From the NCBI GenBank assembly GCA_963801605.1, contig CAWDFP010000007.1, forward strand, positions 192,001 through 256,000: 64,000 bases of DNA, in the 5' to 3' direction. Shown piece by piece: positions 40,247 through 50,136 of this stretch (position 1 is the first letter of the stretch; each line of letters begins with the position of its first letter). Under the pieces are notes generated by a model that worked only from the letters and a program-made list of their open reading frames with translations, had not been told where the DNA came from and made no database searches. Made by a program: the position numbers and the translations under genes. The DNA is from an uncultured candidate division Zixibacteria bacterium. Its GTDB lineage: Bacteria; Zixibacteria; MSB-5A5; UBA10806.

Positions 40247-41992
40247 TTATAATCTACCTCGCGCTGGCGGGCAGTCCTGGCAGCCCTGGGGAGCCGGTCC
40301 CATACCCTTCAGATAGCTTACGGAGTAGGTGACATCGAGGCCATTGAAAGAGCAAGAACCATTGGCATCGGCCGCGGAGTAGAATCGTCCCCAGACCGGG
40401 CAATTGCATTTAAAGGGAGGCTCGGGGCCAAATCCTTTGAGATAATTCACACTGTAAGATACATCGAGACCATTGAAATCGCGACTGCCGTTGGCATCAC
40501 CGGCCACATAAGGACAGCCAGGCATAAACATGACGCTGTTTGAGACGGTATCGCCGGGAGTAATATCGATATTTGTTAGAGTCGAATCCATGAAACCCGG
40601 ATAAGAAAGGGTCATCGAATAGTTGCCAGGGACTATATCCGAAATAAAATAATAACCATACTGATCAGTAGTATCGCCAATCGAAGTGCCATCGAGACAG
40701 ATAGCGACGCCGGAAATAGCTATCTGGTTTGTATCTATAACTACGCCCATTGCATATCCGGGGAATGTTAAGGTGGCTTCAACGAAAGTAGAACAACTAA
40801 CCTGGTTGCCAAAGCCATCTATTGCAGTTAAGGCGATAATATTAGTGCCCTCATTTGGATTAAAGCAAACCGTGCCTTTATCATAAGCTCCCTGATTTAC
40901 AAAAATTGTATCAAGATCGCCATTGGGATCTGTAGCGCCGAATCCGGTCAAGCAAACGGGCCGAGTATTGATATAGAGAAGAGATGTATCGCCGGGGCAG
41001 GTGACATCGGGAGGAAAATAAGCCAGCAGGTTGATATACTCCGGCCTTCTGCCCGGTTCCATATAGATGAGCTCGTAATCATCGACGGCACGCCAATTCC
41101 CCTGGGTGGAGGTTGGGAAAACCGAGGCTACGGCCGCGTAACCGCTAAGCGAATCATAATATGAATAAAGGGTATTAACGCGGCGAAATGCCCACATATT
41201 GTAGCCGTCGCTGAGGATGAAATTAAGGGATGCGCCGGCGCTATGATCGATCAGATCCACCAAGGCGTACCTCAAACCGAGTGCGTCTGCCAATTGACCT
41301 GTTCGATATTTTTAAGAAGGTATAAAAAGAAAAGCTCGGAGTCTGTTACTCTTGGAGGTGTCAGACGGATCGCATTCCGGCACACCGGAGCCGGTGGGAG
41401 GATTTTGCGAAAGGTACTCCTCCCCTATCAGATCGAGAAGAATTCGCTTGTTGACCGAACCATTATGCACAAAGGTCCAGGTTCGGCCATTTTTGTGACG
41501 CCAGAACGGATGAGGATTGGCAATGCTGTCACATCCGGAGCAACAACAACCCTGCGAGCAGTGCCTGACATGCGCCATCACGATACTGCACGACTCGCTA
41601 TCCAGCGAAAGAACCAGATTATCAAAATCAGGATCATCGGAAGCCCTGATCGGGCTACGGGCCAACAATGGTTCATCCCCCAAATTTCGATATGAGGCGA
41701 CGCCCCAGCCATCCGTATTAAACCATGACGATAGTATTTTCAGCGAATTAGGATAAGTTATTAAATCTTTTATCAGTATACTATCAGGCAAACCGTTCGA
41801 AATAGCTCCCCACAACCGGCAATTATGGTTTGGCTCATCTCCGTCGATACCCGAAATTCCAGTTTCAATTATTTTTGGCGAATCAGCAAAATCCGGAATC
41901 CATACAGTAAACATCACCATCGCAATAGGAACTGCAATTATAGCTGCAATTCTCATGAGTTCTCTTGAAAAATTTTCTTTCATTTTAAACAT
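40247..41992 (-). CDS. Exported class II glutamine amidotransferase-like (EgtC/YafJ-like) Ntn protein with dockerin-like tail; two compensating indels
   Basis: N-terminal TM or signal segment, then HNCRLWG, DGWG, MAHVR, NPHPF and FVHNG. The TDSELFF motif lies in the shifted frame (~41285-41352). ORFs 41312..41992 and 40247..41293 share one frame; SLNFILSDG; NGLDV twice. Confidence 0.75.
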
Positions 41993-42423
41993 ATTATCGG
42001 ACTTGCTGCTCTATTTCATTAAACGGTGATAATGTGGAATTGAATCGTGCCATCCACAATTCAATATCTCAGGTAATAGAGTATAAATCATTATTAATAT
42101 TCAAGTTACGACACTATCCTGCTATTGGATTAAACAATAGGAAAAATCGTGAATTATTGACATCTATTTTAATCAGGAAAACCAATATAATTTTTTGCGT
42201 TAATACCTCCGTTACGAACGATGGTAGATAAGTTAATCTTACTATAGCAGATAAATAAATATTGTCAAATACAAACTACAAAGTGAATTTGACTTAAAAT
42301 AGAGCTTTAGTATCATAATTAGCTATGGCTTAACGAAATAGGGACGAAATCAATGGAACGGCCAGTGGCATTAATTCTGTTATCAACGTGTGCTTATTTA
42401 CCTTTAAGGACGAAAAATAGGAA

Positions 42424-42451
42424 TTGACAAGTACTTAAAGGCGATTAGCTT
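42424..42451 (+). promoter_or_regulatory. Sigma70-type promoter of the M1 aminopeptidase
   Basis: TTGACA-N16-TAGCTT; shares GGCGATTARCTT with the promoter at 14458. Confidence 0.5.
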
Positions 42452-42497
42452 ATGGGTGGCGAGTATTGATATGAATTTACTTAAAGGAAAGGTTAAG

Positions 42498-44774
42498 ATG
42501 CGTGGCAAGATTTTAACATTGATTCTCTGCATTGTTGCGATTCCCCTAACGCTGCTTGCAGAGCAGTTGACTCCACAGGATATTCGGAATATCGAGTGGC
42601 AAATGAAAACTAGTTATTATGACAAATTAAAGGAAAGATTAAACGAACCTACTATTCTGGATCAAAGTGATTTCGATGTTAAATATTGGGATTTAACCCT
42701 GGATGTTACCGATGTCAGTGGTCAGACGATCAGCGGCAAAGTAATCATGACATCGCAAGCGGTTGTCAACAGCCTATCGACCATTGATTATGATTTGAAC
42801 GCATCGATGATCGTAGATTCCGTCAAGGTCGGAGGACAACCGGCAGTTTATAATCATCACGGCAATATTCTTACCATTACATTAGATCGAGCCTATAATA
42901 TCGGTGAGCTATTCACCACTACAGTCACTTATGGTGGGACTCCGGTCGGAGGCGGTTTCGGCTCATTTACCTGGAATACTCACAACGGCCAGCCGATCAT
43001 TTCGAGTTTATCCGAGCCCGAGGGCGCCAGAGAATGGTGGCCATGCAAGGATCAGCCGCACGACAAAGCCGATTCAGCCGATGTCAGAATCATTACACCC
43101 CTGGCATTAACGGGCACATCCAACGGCCTGCTGGTCAGCAATGTCGATAACGGCAACGGTACCAGGACATTTCACTGGCATGTCTCGTACCCCATAACTA
43201 CTTATCTCATTTGTGTCTCGGTTAGCAACTATCGGAGTTTTACAGACTGGTATGTGTACGCCGACGGCGATTCGATGCCGGTCACGCATTACGTCTATCC
43301 TGAACTATACAACTCGGCCGTAATTGATCTCAGCATTACTCCCGCGGCCATCGGGATTTTCGCCAGTATGTTCGGCGAATATCCTTTTATCACTGAGAAA
43401 TATGGGCACTCGCTGTTCCCCTGGAGCGGCGCCATGGAACATCAGGATAACACCAGCTATGGTTCGATGCTTATCACCGGGAATCATTACTATGATATGA
43501 TCCTGGTTCATGAGCTTTCGCATCAATGGTTCGGCGATATGATCACCTGCGATATATGGCCCGATGTCTGGATGAACGAGGGATTTGCGTCTTATTGCGA
43601 GGCGCTCTATACAGAGCGAACCAGCGGTCTGGCTGCCTATCTAAATTATATGCGAATTAATAACGGCGTTAGCGATCCCAGCGGCCCAATTTACAATCCT
43701 AGCGAGCTCTTTGACGGTAATACCGTTTACAGCAAAGGTTCCTGGGTACTGCATATGCTTCGCGGTGTGATGGGAGATTCGTCATTCATGCAGGGATTCC
43801 GCGCCTACGCCAATAACCCCGATCACATGTACGGCACAATCACTACCCGTCAATTCCAGCATCTTATGGAACCATATTACGGCGCCGATTTGGCCTGGTT
43901 CTTCGATGAGTGGGTTTGGGGTCAAAACCGCCCGATCTATCGTTACTCATGGCTGAAACAGGATATCGGCAACGGGCAGTACGAAATCTTCCTGCATGTT
44001 CGTCAGACTCAAGCCTCCCCCGCTCCAAGCGTTTTTACCATGCCGATCAGGATATATCCGAGAATAAATAACGTCGATACTTTGATTACCGTTTGGAATA
44101 ACAGCCGTATCGGTGATTTCCGATTCATTGTCAACGGCAATCCAACTACTCTCGGATTCGATAAAAACAATTGGATTCTGAGAGATGCCACCAGCGAAAC
44201 CTACGGGCTTAATATCGTCACAACGTCACTGCCTGACGGCAACTATCAGTCTGCTTACAACCAGACTATTGAGGCCAGAGGAGGCACGCAGCCTTATCAT
44301 TATGCGGTATTCTCCGGATCGCTTCCTCCCGATTTAAACCTTAATCTCGATACCGGCGTTATCAGCGGTAATTTGACTACAATCGGTACATATACATTTA
44401 CGATCCGATGCACTGATTCATCGAGCCCGGCCAAGAACGATGATCAGGATTACACTATCCACGTGCTCGAGGTCCAGGGCATCTCTGATCAAAACCCGGG
44501 CAACATCCCCACCGATTTTATGGCGATGGGAAACTACCCCAATCCGTTCAACTCCTCGACAGTAATCAAACTCGATCTGCCGGAAGCCGGGAATATTAAA
44601 GTCGATATATATAATATGCTCGGCCAGCATATCGGAACTCTATTCGATGGTTATATGGGCGCCGGTGAAAAAGAGATTGTTTGGAATGGCAATGCGGTTT
44701 CATCGGGAATTTACTTCTACAAAGTGACATCGGGCGACAGAACTGCTACCCGAAAGATGCTCTTGATTAAGTAG
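42498..44774 (+). CDS. Secreted M1 zinc aminopeptidase with Ig domain and T9SS-type CTD
   Basis: Signal peptide; GAMEH, HELSHQWFG..WMNEG and YSKGSWVLHMLR; NYPNPFN..SGIYFY..KMLLIK. Confidence 0.92.
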   Translation: MRGKILTLILCIVAIPLTLLAEQLTPQDIRNIEWQMKTSYYDKLKERLNEPTILDQSDFDVKYWDLTLDVTDVSGQTISGKVIMTSQAVVNSLSTIDYDLNASMIVDSVKVGGQPAVYNHHGNILTITLDRAYNIGELFTTTVTYGGTPVGGGFGSFTWNTHNGQPIISSLSEPEGAREWWPCKDQPHDKADSADVRIITPLALTGTSNGLLVSNVDNGNGTRTFHWHVSYPITTYLICVSVSNYRSFTDWYVYADGDSMPVTHYVYPELYNSAVIDLSITPAAIGIFASMFGEYPFITEKYGHSLFPWSGAMEHQDNTSYGSMLITGNHYYDMILVHELSHQWFGDMITCDIWPDVWMNEGFASYCEALYTERTSGLAAYLNYMRINNGVSDPSGPIYNPSELFDGNTVYSKGSWVLHMLRGVMGDSSFMQGFRAYANNPDHMYGTITTRQFQHLMEPYYGADLAWFFDEWVWGQNRPIYRYSWLKQDIGNGQYEIFLHVRQTQASPAPSVFTMPIRIYPRINNVDTLITVWNNSRIGDFRFIVNGNPTTLGFDKNNWILRDATSETYGLNIVTTSLPDGNYQSAYNQTIEARGGTQPYHYAVFSGSLPPDLNLNLDTGVISGNLTTIGTYTFTIRCTDSSSPAKNDDQDYTIHVLEVQGISDQNPGNIPTDFMAMGNYPNPFNSSTVIKLDLPEAGNIKVDIYNMLGQHIGTLFDGYMGAGEKEIVWNGNAVSSGIYFYKVTSGDRTATRKMLLIK

Positions 44775-44793
44775 CATTAAAAATAGAAATAAG

Positions 44794-44821
44794 AAAAGCC
44801 CCGCTCGTTAGCGGGGCTTTT
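44794..44821. terminator. Bidirectional intrinsic terminator
   Basis: AAAAGCCCCGCT-CGTT-AGCGGGGCTTTT between convergent genes. Confidence 0.85.
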
Positions 44822-44864
44822 GATTTTCGAGGCATATTTTAGTTATTCCCCACGCCGATTAATC

Positions 44865-45383
44865 TTAATTAGTCTCTCTAAAACGCAGGACGGAAAATGT
44901 CCAAATAATAATCGCCAGGCCCATCAGCGCAGTTAGAAGCACCGGCGATAGAGCAGCCTTGTTTAAATACGAAACTACGGATTCCCTGGTTATACCCATA
45001 GAACTCGAGAAGCCCCAGATTCGATTTAATTCGTCTGCAGTTTTAGCCATGCCGCCGATAATAATTTTTTGGTTGGCCATTGTAAGCGCAATAATGATTA
45101 AATATATCGCTCCCAATAGAGCCAATCGAATTCTGTTAACGATTGCCATTGGGCTGACAATTTTAGCCTCCAGCCTCACCGCCTTCATTACATTTACCGC
45201 TATCGATTCAGGAGCCGAACTCGGTAGAAGCGAGTTAAAAGCGTTTTCGGCGCCAGTTTCAAGCATCCCCAATTTCCGGCATGACTCGCACGATTCGATG
45301 TGAGCCATAAAAGCATTATGATCGTATACGGCATCAAGCGGTGATGCCAGAATTCTTTCAATGTCATCACAACTATACTGCAT
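44865..45383 (-). CDS. Putative zinc-finger (HxxxCxxC) membrane anti-sigma factor
   Basis: C...HIESCESC motif and two TM helices; overlaps the stop of the ECF sigma gene. Confidence 0.75.
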   Translation of the reverse strand: MQYSCDDIERILASPLDAVYDHNAFMAHIESCESCRKLGMLETGAENAFNSLLPSSAPESIAVNVMKAVRLEAKIVSPMAIVNRIRLALLGAIYLIIIALTMANQKIIIGGMAKTADELNRIWGFSSSMGITRESVVSYLNKAALSPVLLTALMGLAIIIWTFSVLRFRETN

Positions 45384-45981
45384 TATTTCCCCACAATTTC
45401 CTTAATTCGTGTTTAGCTCTGAATAACCTGACCTTTACAGTCCCAATCGGGCAGTTCAGGATTTCGGCAATTTCCTCATACTTAAGGTCATCATAATAAT
45501 GGAAAATGATGACTGCCTTCAATTCCGGATTAAGTTTATCGATCAATTTTCGAAGATAATATTTGGCCGGGTGATGAACAGAATTATGATTCTCAATTTC
45601 CCGAGTATTATCCTCGATAGATTCCATATTATTCGGCATTTTCTTTATATGCGTCATCGACGTATTATAGGCAATTCGGTATAGCCAGGTTTTAAAGCCT
45701 GATTTTCTCTCGAAATGACTCAAGGCTCGGTATGCCCGCAGGAATACCTCCTGGGAAACATCCCTGGCTTCGTCCTCCGACTTAACCAGGCCCCTGGCCA
45801 GAGTAAACACAAAATCCTCATATCTTCTGACCAGGATACTAAAAGCCTCACTATCTCCGTTGGCAACAAAACCGATTATCTCCTCATCGTAATAATAATC
45901 GCTTGAGGCTCTGGCCCTGACGGCGCCAGTGCGTCTTAAAAAGGTTTTTGCCAGCGATGTAACGTAAGCCTCATTGCTCAT
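45373..45981 (-). CDS. ECF RNA polymerase sigma factor
   Basis: DVSQEVFLRAY, FKTWLYRIAYN and YEEIAEILNCPIGTVKVRLFRA. Confidence 0.93.
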   Translation of the reverse strand: MSNEAYVTSLAKTFLRRTGAVRARASSDYYYDEEIIGFVANGDSEAFSILVRRYEDFVFTLARGLVKSEDEARDVSQEVFLRAYRALSHFERKSGFKTWLYRIAYNTSMTHIKKMPNNMESIEDNTREIENHNSVHHPAKYYLRKLIDKLNPELKAVIIFHYYDDLKYEEIAEILNCPIGTVKVRLFRAKHELRKLWGNNAV

Positions 45982-45989
45982 TTTTATCC

Positions 45990-46071
45990 CTTTGACCTTA
46001 TATACGATTAATTTGTTTCAATGGGTGCGCCTTATTTTTTTGAAACAATCCGCGCTATTCCGAGGTCAAAG
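45990..46071. promoter_or_regulatory. Back-to-back ECF-type promoters
   Basis: TTGAAACAA-N14-AGGTCAAAG occurs on the minus strand (46021-45990) and on the plus strand (46040-46071). Confidence 0.75.
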
Positions 46072-46096
46072 CGACAAAAGAACGAATGGAGGAATA

Positions 46097-46477
46097 ATGT
46101 GGCAGGGAGACCCAAATATCGGCGTAGTAATGATAATCATGGTCATCTTTTGTTCGATGGCCGCAGTGCCAATTCTAATCGGGCTGCTAATCTTCAACAA
46201 CGCCAAAAAGAAACGCGAAGCGGAATTAATGAAATTATCGGTTGAGAAGGGATTACCAATCCCGATTTTCCCAGAAAAGCATTCCATTTACGGCACTCTT
46301 AAGGCCGGCCTTATTTGGATCGCGGTCGGAATCGGGATAATCCTGATGGTTGCAATTGAAAGTGAAGGCCGTATGGAAGGCGTTTCCCTGGGATTCCTTC
46401 CGATCCTGGTAGGTGTTGCCCTTATAATCAGTTGGAAACTGGAGATTCGTGAAGCCAGGAAAACCTCGTCTGAATAA
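46097..46477 (+). CDS. Small 3-TM membrane protein (DUF6249-like)
   Basis: SD GGAGG; TM, then LSVEKGLP linker, LKAGLIWIAVGIG and GFLPILVGVALII. Confidence 0.75.
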   Translation: MWQGDPNIGVVMIIMVIFCSMAAVPILIGLLIFNNAKKKREAELMKLSVEKGLPIPIFPEKHSIYGTLKAGLIWIAVGIGIILMVAIESEGRMEGVSLGFLPILVGVALIISWKLEIREARKTSSE

Positions 46478-46514
46478 ACAGAGCCATCAATTAAAGCTTT
46501 TAGGGCTTAAATCA

Positions 46515-46552
46515 AACCGCCGGATCAATAGCAATCCGGCGGTTACTTTTTT
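46515..46552 (+). terminator. Intrinsic terminator
   Basis: AACCGCCGGAT-N8-ATCCGGCGGTT followed by ACTTTTTT. Confidence 0.75.
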
Positions 46553-46738
46553 ATTAATCGGATTTTTTATCGCTCCCACCGGGAGCCTTAGGGCGAACGC
46601 TTCAGGTTGGGATTCCGAATTTTGGCAGGATATATCGGGATACGGCAAACCAAATTAGGATGATTGCCAATATTTCAAGTAATTCTTTCATGCTAACCAC
46701 CTATCTAATTAAATACCATATACTTACGATTGCTCCGT

Positions 46739-47884
46739 TTATTCGATCTCCTTAAGAATATTTCGTGAGATAACCAGCCGCTGAATTTCGGATGTCCCTT
46801 CCCCTATCTCGCAAAGCTTTAAGTCGCGATGCATCCGTTCCACCGGGTAGCGAGAGCCATAGCCCTCAGCCCCTAAGATCATCATTGCCTGGTAGGTAAC
46901 GAAATTTCCTATCTCCGATGCGTATAGTTTGGCCATAGCGGCCTCGTTTGTAAACCTGCGCTTGCCCTCATCTTTGAGGATCGCGGGATGATAAACCAGA
47001 TGACGGGCGGCCTGAAGATAGGTCGCCATATCAGCCAACTTAAAACCAACCGCTTGAAAATCTGCAATTGGCTCTCCGAATTGCTCATGATGTTTAGCAT
47101 ACTTGATAGCTACATCGTACGCACCCTGAGCCAAACCAAGCGCCATTGCCGCAATTGAAATTCGGCCGCCGTCAAGCGTCATCATAAACTGCTTGAAACC
47201 GGAGCCAATATCGCCCATCAAATCACTCGAAGGGATAAAACAATCGTCAAAATGCAATACACGGGTATCGGAGCCCCTAACGCCAAGTTTATTTTCCTTT
47301 TTGCCAATCGAAAAACCCTTAGCTCCCGATTTGATGATAAAGGATGAAATAGCATGAGTGTCTTTGGCGTGCGATGTTCTGGCGGTAAATACAATGGTCG
47401 AGGCTAACCCGCCATTGGTGATCCAGCATTTGGAGCCATTAACCTTGAATCCACCATCGACCTGTTCTGCGAAAGTCCTGGTGCCTCCGGCATCCGAACC
47501 TGCTCCCGGTTCCGATAAACCAAACGCCGCCAACTTACCGCCGGTGGCAATTTCGGGAAGGTATTTGCTCTTTTGATCTTCAGTACCGAAAGCATAGATC
47601 GGCCAGCAACCGAGAGAATTATGCGCCGCCAGGATAATGCCGCTTGATCCGCAGACGCGAGATACCTCTTCAACAGCAATGATATAAGTCAGGGTATCAA
47701 CAAATGTCCCGCCATATTTGGAGGGTACCGTCATACCCAATAGGCCAAGTTCATTCATTTTGCCTATGAGATGTTCGGGGTAATGCTGATCCTCATCCAT
47801 CTTAGCGGCGTAAGGCGCGATTTCACGCTCGGCAAACTCCCTGATTTGAGAGCGAAACTTCTCCTGCTTTTCGGTCGTCCACAT
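46739..47884 (-). CDS. Acyl-CoA dehydrogenase
   Basis: FGLSEPGAGSDAGG, NGSKCWITNG, KLGVRGS and EIGEGTSEIQR. Confidence 0.94.
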   Translation of the reverse strand: MWTTEKQEKFRSQIREFAEREIAPYAAKMDEDQHYPEHLIGKMNELGLLGMTVPSKYGGTFVDTLTYIIAVEEVSRVCGSSGIILAAHNSLGCWPIYAFGTEDQKSKYLPEIATGGKLAAFGLSEPGAGSDAGGTRTFAEQVDGGFKVNGSKCWITNGGLASTIVFTARTSHAKDTHAISSFIIKSGAKGFSIGKKENKLGVRGSDTRVLHFDDCFIPSSDLMGDIGSGFKQFMMTLDGGRISIAAMALGLAQGAYDVAIKYAKHHEQFGEPIADFQAVGFKLADMATYLQAARHLVYHPAILKDEGKRRFTNEAAMAKLYASEIGNFVTYQAMMILGAEGYGSRYPVERMHRDLKLCEIGEGTSEIQRLVISRNILKEIE

Positions 47885-47903
47885 CCTGACTAATCCTTTT
47901 CAG

Positions 47904-49049
47904 CTACTTTTTTCCCAGATTACGATAGATAACCATCCTCTGGGCTTCCGATGTCCCCTCGTATATTTCTGTAACGCGAGCATCGCGGAAATAACGCTCA
48001 ACAGGGTACTCCTTGACATAGCCATAGCCGCCGTGAATCTGAACAGCCTGATTGACCACCCAGTTAGCGGCTTCGGAGGCAAATAGCTTCGCCATCGAAC
48101 AATATTTGGATGCCTCTCGTCCAATCCTATCTTTCTTCCAGGCAGCCGAATGAATTAATAAACGAGCCGCCTCAATCTTGAGCGCCATATCGGCCAACTT
48201 GAATTGGATGGCCTGGAAACTGGCAATCGGCTGATCGAACTGCACTCTTTCCTGCGCATACTTATAAGCTTCTTCATAGGCCGCCTGAGCTATGCCCAAT
48301 GCCTGGGCTGCAATCCCAATTCGGCCGCCATCGAGAAGCGATAGGGCAATTTTAAAGCCCTGGTTTTTTTCGCCGATCAGGTTTCCCTTGGGCACAGCGC
48401 AATCGGTAAACATTACCTGACGAGTATCCGATGCCTTCAAGCCCATCTTTTTCTCTTTGGCGCCCAGACTCATCCCCGGCGTATCTTTATCGACTATCAG
48501 ACAGGAAACTCCCTTTGAGCCTTTGGAACGATCTGTAGAGACAAAAACAACATACATCCCGGCTAAACCCGCTGACGTTACCCAGGATTTGGTGCCGTTA
48601 AGTACGAAGTTATCTCCCTTTTCCATCGCTTGACAGGTAAGCGAGCCGGCATCCGTGCCTGAACCAGGCTCAGAAAGACAGTAGGAACCAAACAATTCGC
48701 CCGTCGCCATCCTGGGCAGATATTTATCTTTGAGACAGTCAGCGCCCCATTCGAGAATAGCCTTGCAACACAGGGAATTATGCACTGAAAGCCCAACCAT
48801 TACACCCGCTGATCCCCGAGCCAACTCCTCCATGGCGCAGGCATAGGATAGCGTATCGAGATCGAGGCCGCCGTATTTCTCGGGAAGCAGCATTCCGAAA
48901 TATCCCAGCTTTGCTAACTCACTGTAAATTTCCGGAGGGACTTTTTCCTCTTCATCCATTTTCTCGGCTATCGGCATGAGCTTTTTTTCGGCAAACTCCC
49001 GAGCCGCATCACGCATTAAAATCTGATCTTCGCCTAATTCAAAATCCAT
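47904..49049 (-). CDS. Acyl-CoA (butyryl-CoA-type) dehydrogenase
   Basis: CLSEPGSGTD, KMGLKAS, QIHGGYGY and IYEGTSEAQR; start MDFEL after GAGGG. Confidence 0.94.
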   Translation of the reverse strand: MDFELGEDQILMRDAAREFAEKKLMPIAEKMDEEEKVPPEIYSELAKLGYFGMLLPEKYGGLDLDTLSYACAMEELARGSAGVMVGLSVHNSLCCKAILEWGADCLKDKYLPRMATGELFGSYCLSEPGSGTDAGSLTCQAMEKGDNFVLNGTKSWVTSAGLAGMYVVFVSTDRSKGSKGVSCLIVDKDTPGMSLGAKEKKMGLKASDTRQVMFTDCAVPKGNLIGEKNQGFKIALSLLDGGRIGIAAQALGIAQAAYEEAYKYAQERVQFDQPIASFQAIQFKLADMALKIEAARLLIHSAAWKKDRIGREASKYCSMAKLFASEAANWVVNQAVQIHGGYGYVKEYPVERYFRDARVTEIYEGTSEAQRMVIYRNLGKK

Positions 49050-49060
49050 ATTATTCCCTC

Positions 49061-49915
49061 TCACTTCTCGTATGTATAGAAGCCTCGTCCGGTTTTACGT
49101 CCCAGATAACCGGCCTGTACCATTTTCTTTAGAAGCGGGCACGGACGGTACTTCGAATCCGAATAGCCCTCATAAAGGACATTCATGATATCGAGGCACA
49201 CGTCAAGTCCGATAAAATCGGCCAGAGTCAACGGGCCCATGGGATGATTCATCCCCAGTTTCATGACTGTATCAATCGATTCCTTGGTTGCTACACCTTC
49301 CATCAGGCAGCAAATTGCTTCATTTATCATGGGTATTAACACCCTATTAGAAATGAAACCCGGATAATCGTTGACCTCCACCGGCGTTTTTCCCAACTTT
49401 ATGCAAACATCCTTGATAATTTTCGAGGTTTCATCAGAAGTTGCAATTCCCCGGATAAGCTCAACAAGCTTCATCATCGGGACCGGGTTCATGAAATGCA
49501 TCCCAATAACTTTGTCAGCACGCTTGGTTTTTGCGGCAATCCCGGTTACCGAAAGGGAGGAAGTATTTGATGCCAGAATCGTTTCGGGTCTGCAAATCAC
49601 GTCTAATTTGGAGAATATATCGGTTTTGGCGCTCATATTTTCGAACACGGCCTCGATAACCAGGTCTCCCGCGCAGGCATCTTCAAGCCTAATCGAGGTG
49701 CCAATCCTTCCAATCGTGGCGGCTACATCGCCAGGCTGTATTGTTCCCTTTTGGGCTTGCCGTTCCAGATTTTTCTTGATCGTCCCCAGGGCGCGGTCAA
49801 TAAATTCCTGCTTGATATCGATCAGAAGAACCTCAAACCCGCTCTGGGCACAAACGTGGGCTATCCCGTTTCCCATCGTACCACTGCCAACTACCACCAC
49901 TTTTTTTAATGCCAT
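49061..49915 (-). CDS. hbd: 3-hydroxybutyryl-CoA dehydrogenase
   Basis: [36 protein letters not shown] and GRKTGRGFY. Confidence 0.94.
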   Translation of the reverse strand: MALKKVVVVGSGTMGNGIAHVCAQSGFEVLLIDIKQEFIDRALGTIKKNLERQAQKGTIQPGDVAATIGRIGTSIRLEDACAGDLVIEAVFENMSAKTDIFSKLDVICRPETILASNTSSLSVTGIAAKTKRADKVIGMHFMNPVPMMKLVELIRGIATSDETSKIIKDVCIKLGKTPVEVNDYPGFISNRVLIPMINEAICCLMEGVATKESIDTVMKLGMNHPMGPLTLADFIGLDVCLDIMNVLYEGYSDSKYRPCPLLKKMVQAGYLGRKTGRGFYTYEK

Positions 49916-50136
49916 TTCATTAACCTTTCATCAAATGCAATTCAAATCTCATCAATTTATCGGCATCTTTGCATCAATTAAGCCCGTTAACCATCGAAGA
50001 AGTAGACTTAATGGCCGAGCTTGTCACGCGATCAAATTCGCCGCACTAGACCAATGTATCGTGTAATATATAGCTTTAGGAACCCGTTATGTCAATCAAA
50101 CAGGTAGAATTCCTAATAACAAAATTCGGGCTTTTC

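Noticed and set aside
31150..40520. Repeated dockerin-like DNA as template/variable repeats of a diversity-generating retroelement
   Set aside because: The similarity is protein-level with ordinary divergence. I see no adenine-specific mismatch pattern and no reverse transcriptase in the window.
46449..46658. 69-aa ORF after the DUF6249-like gene
   Set aside because: It runs through an intrinsic terminator, has no RBS and shows no recognisable features.
49371..50066. 231-aa plus-strand ORF and similar long alternative ORFs (e.g. 38996..39580, 1006..1554, 53201..53752)
   Set aside because: They are antisense shadows of well-supported genes and show no recognisable motifs.
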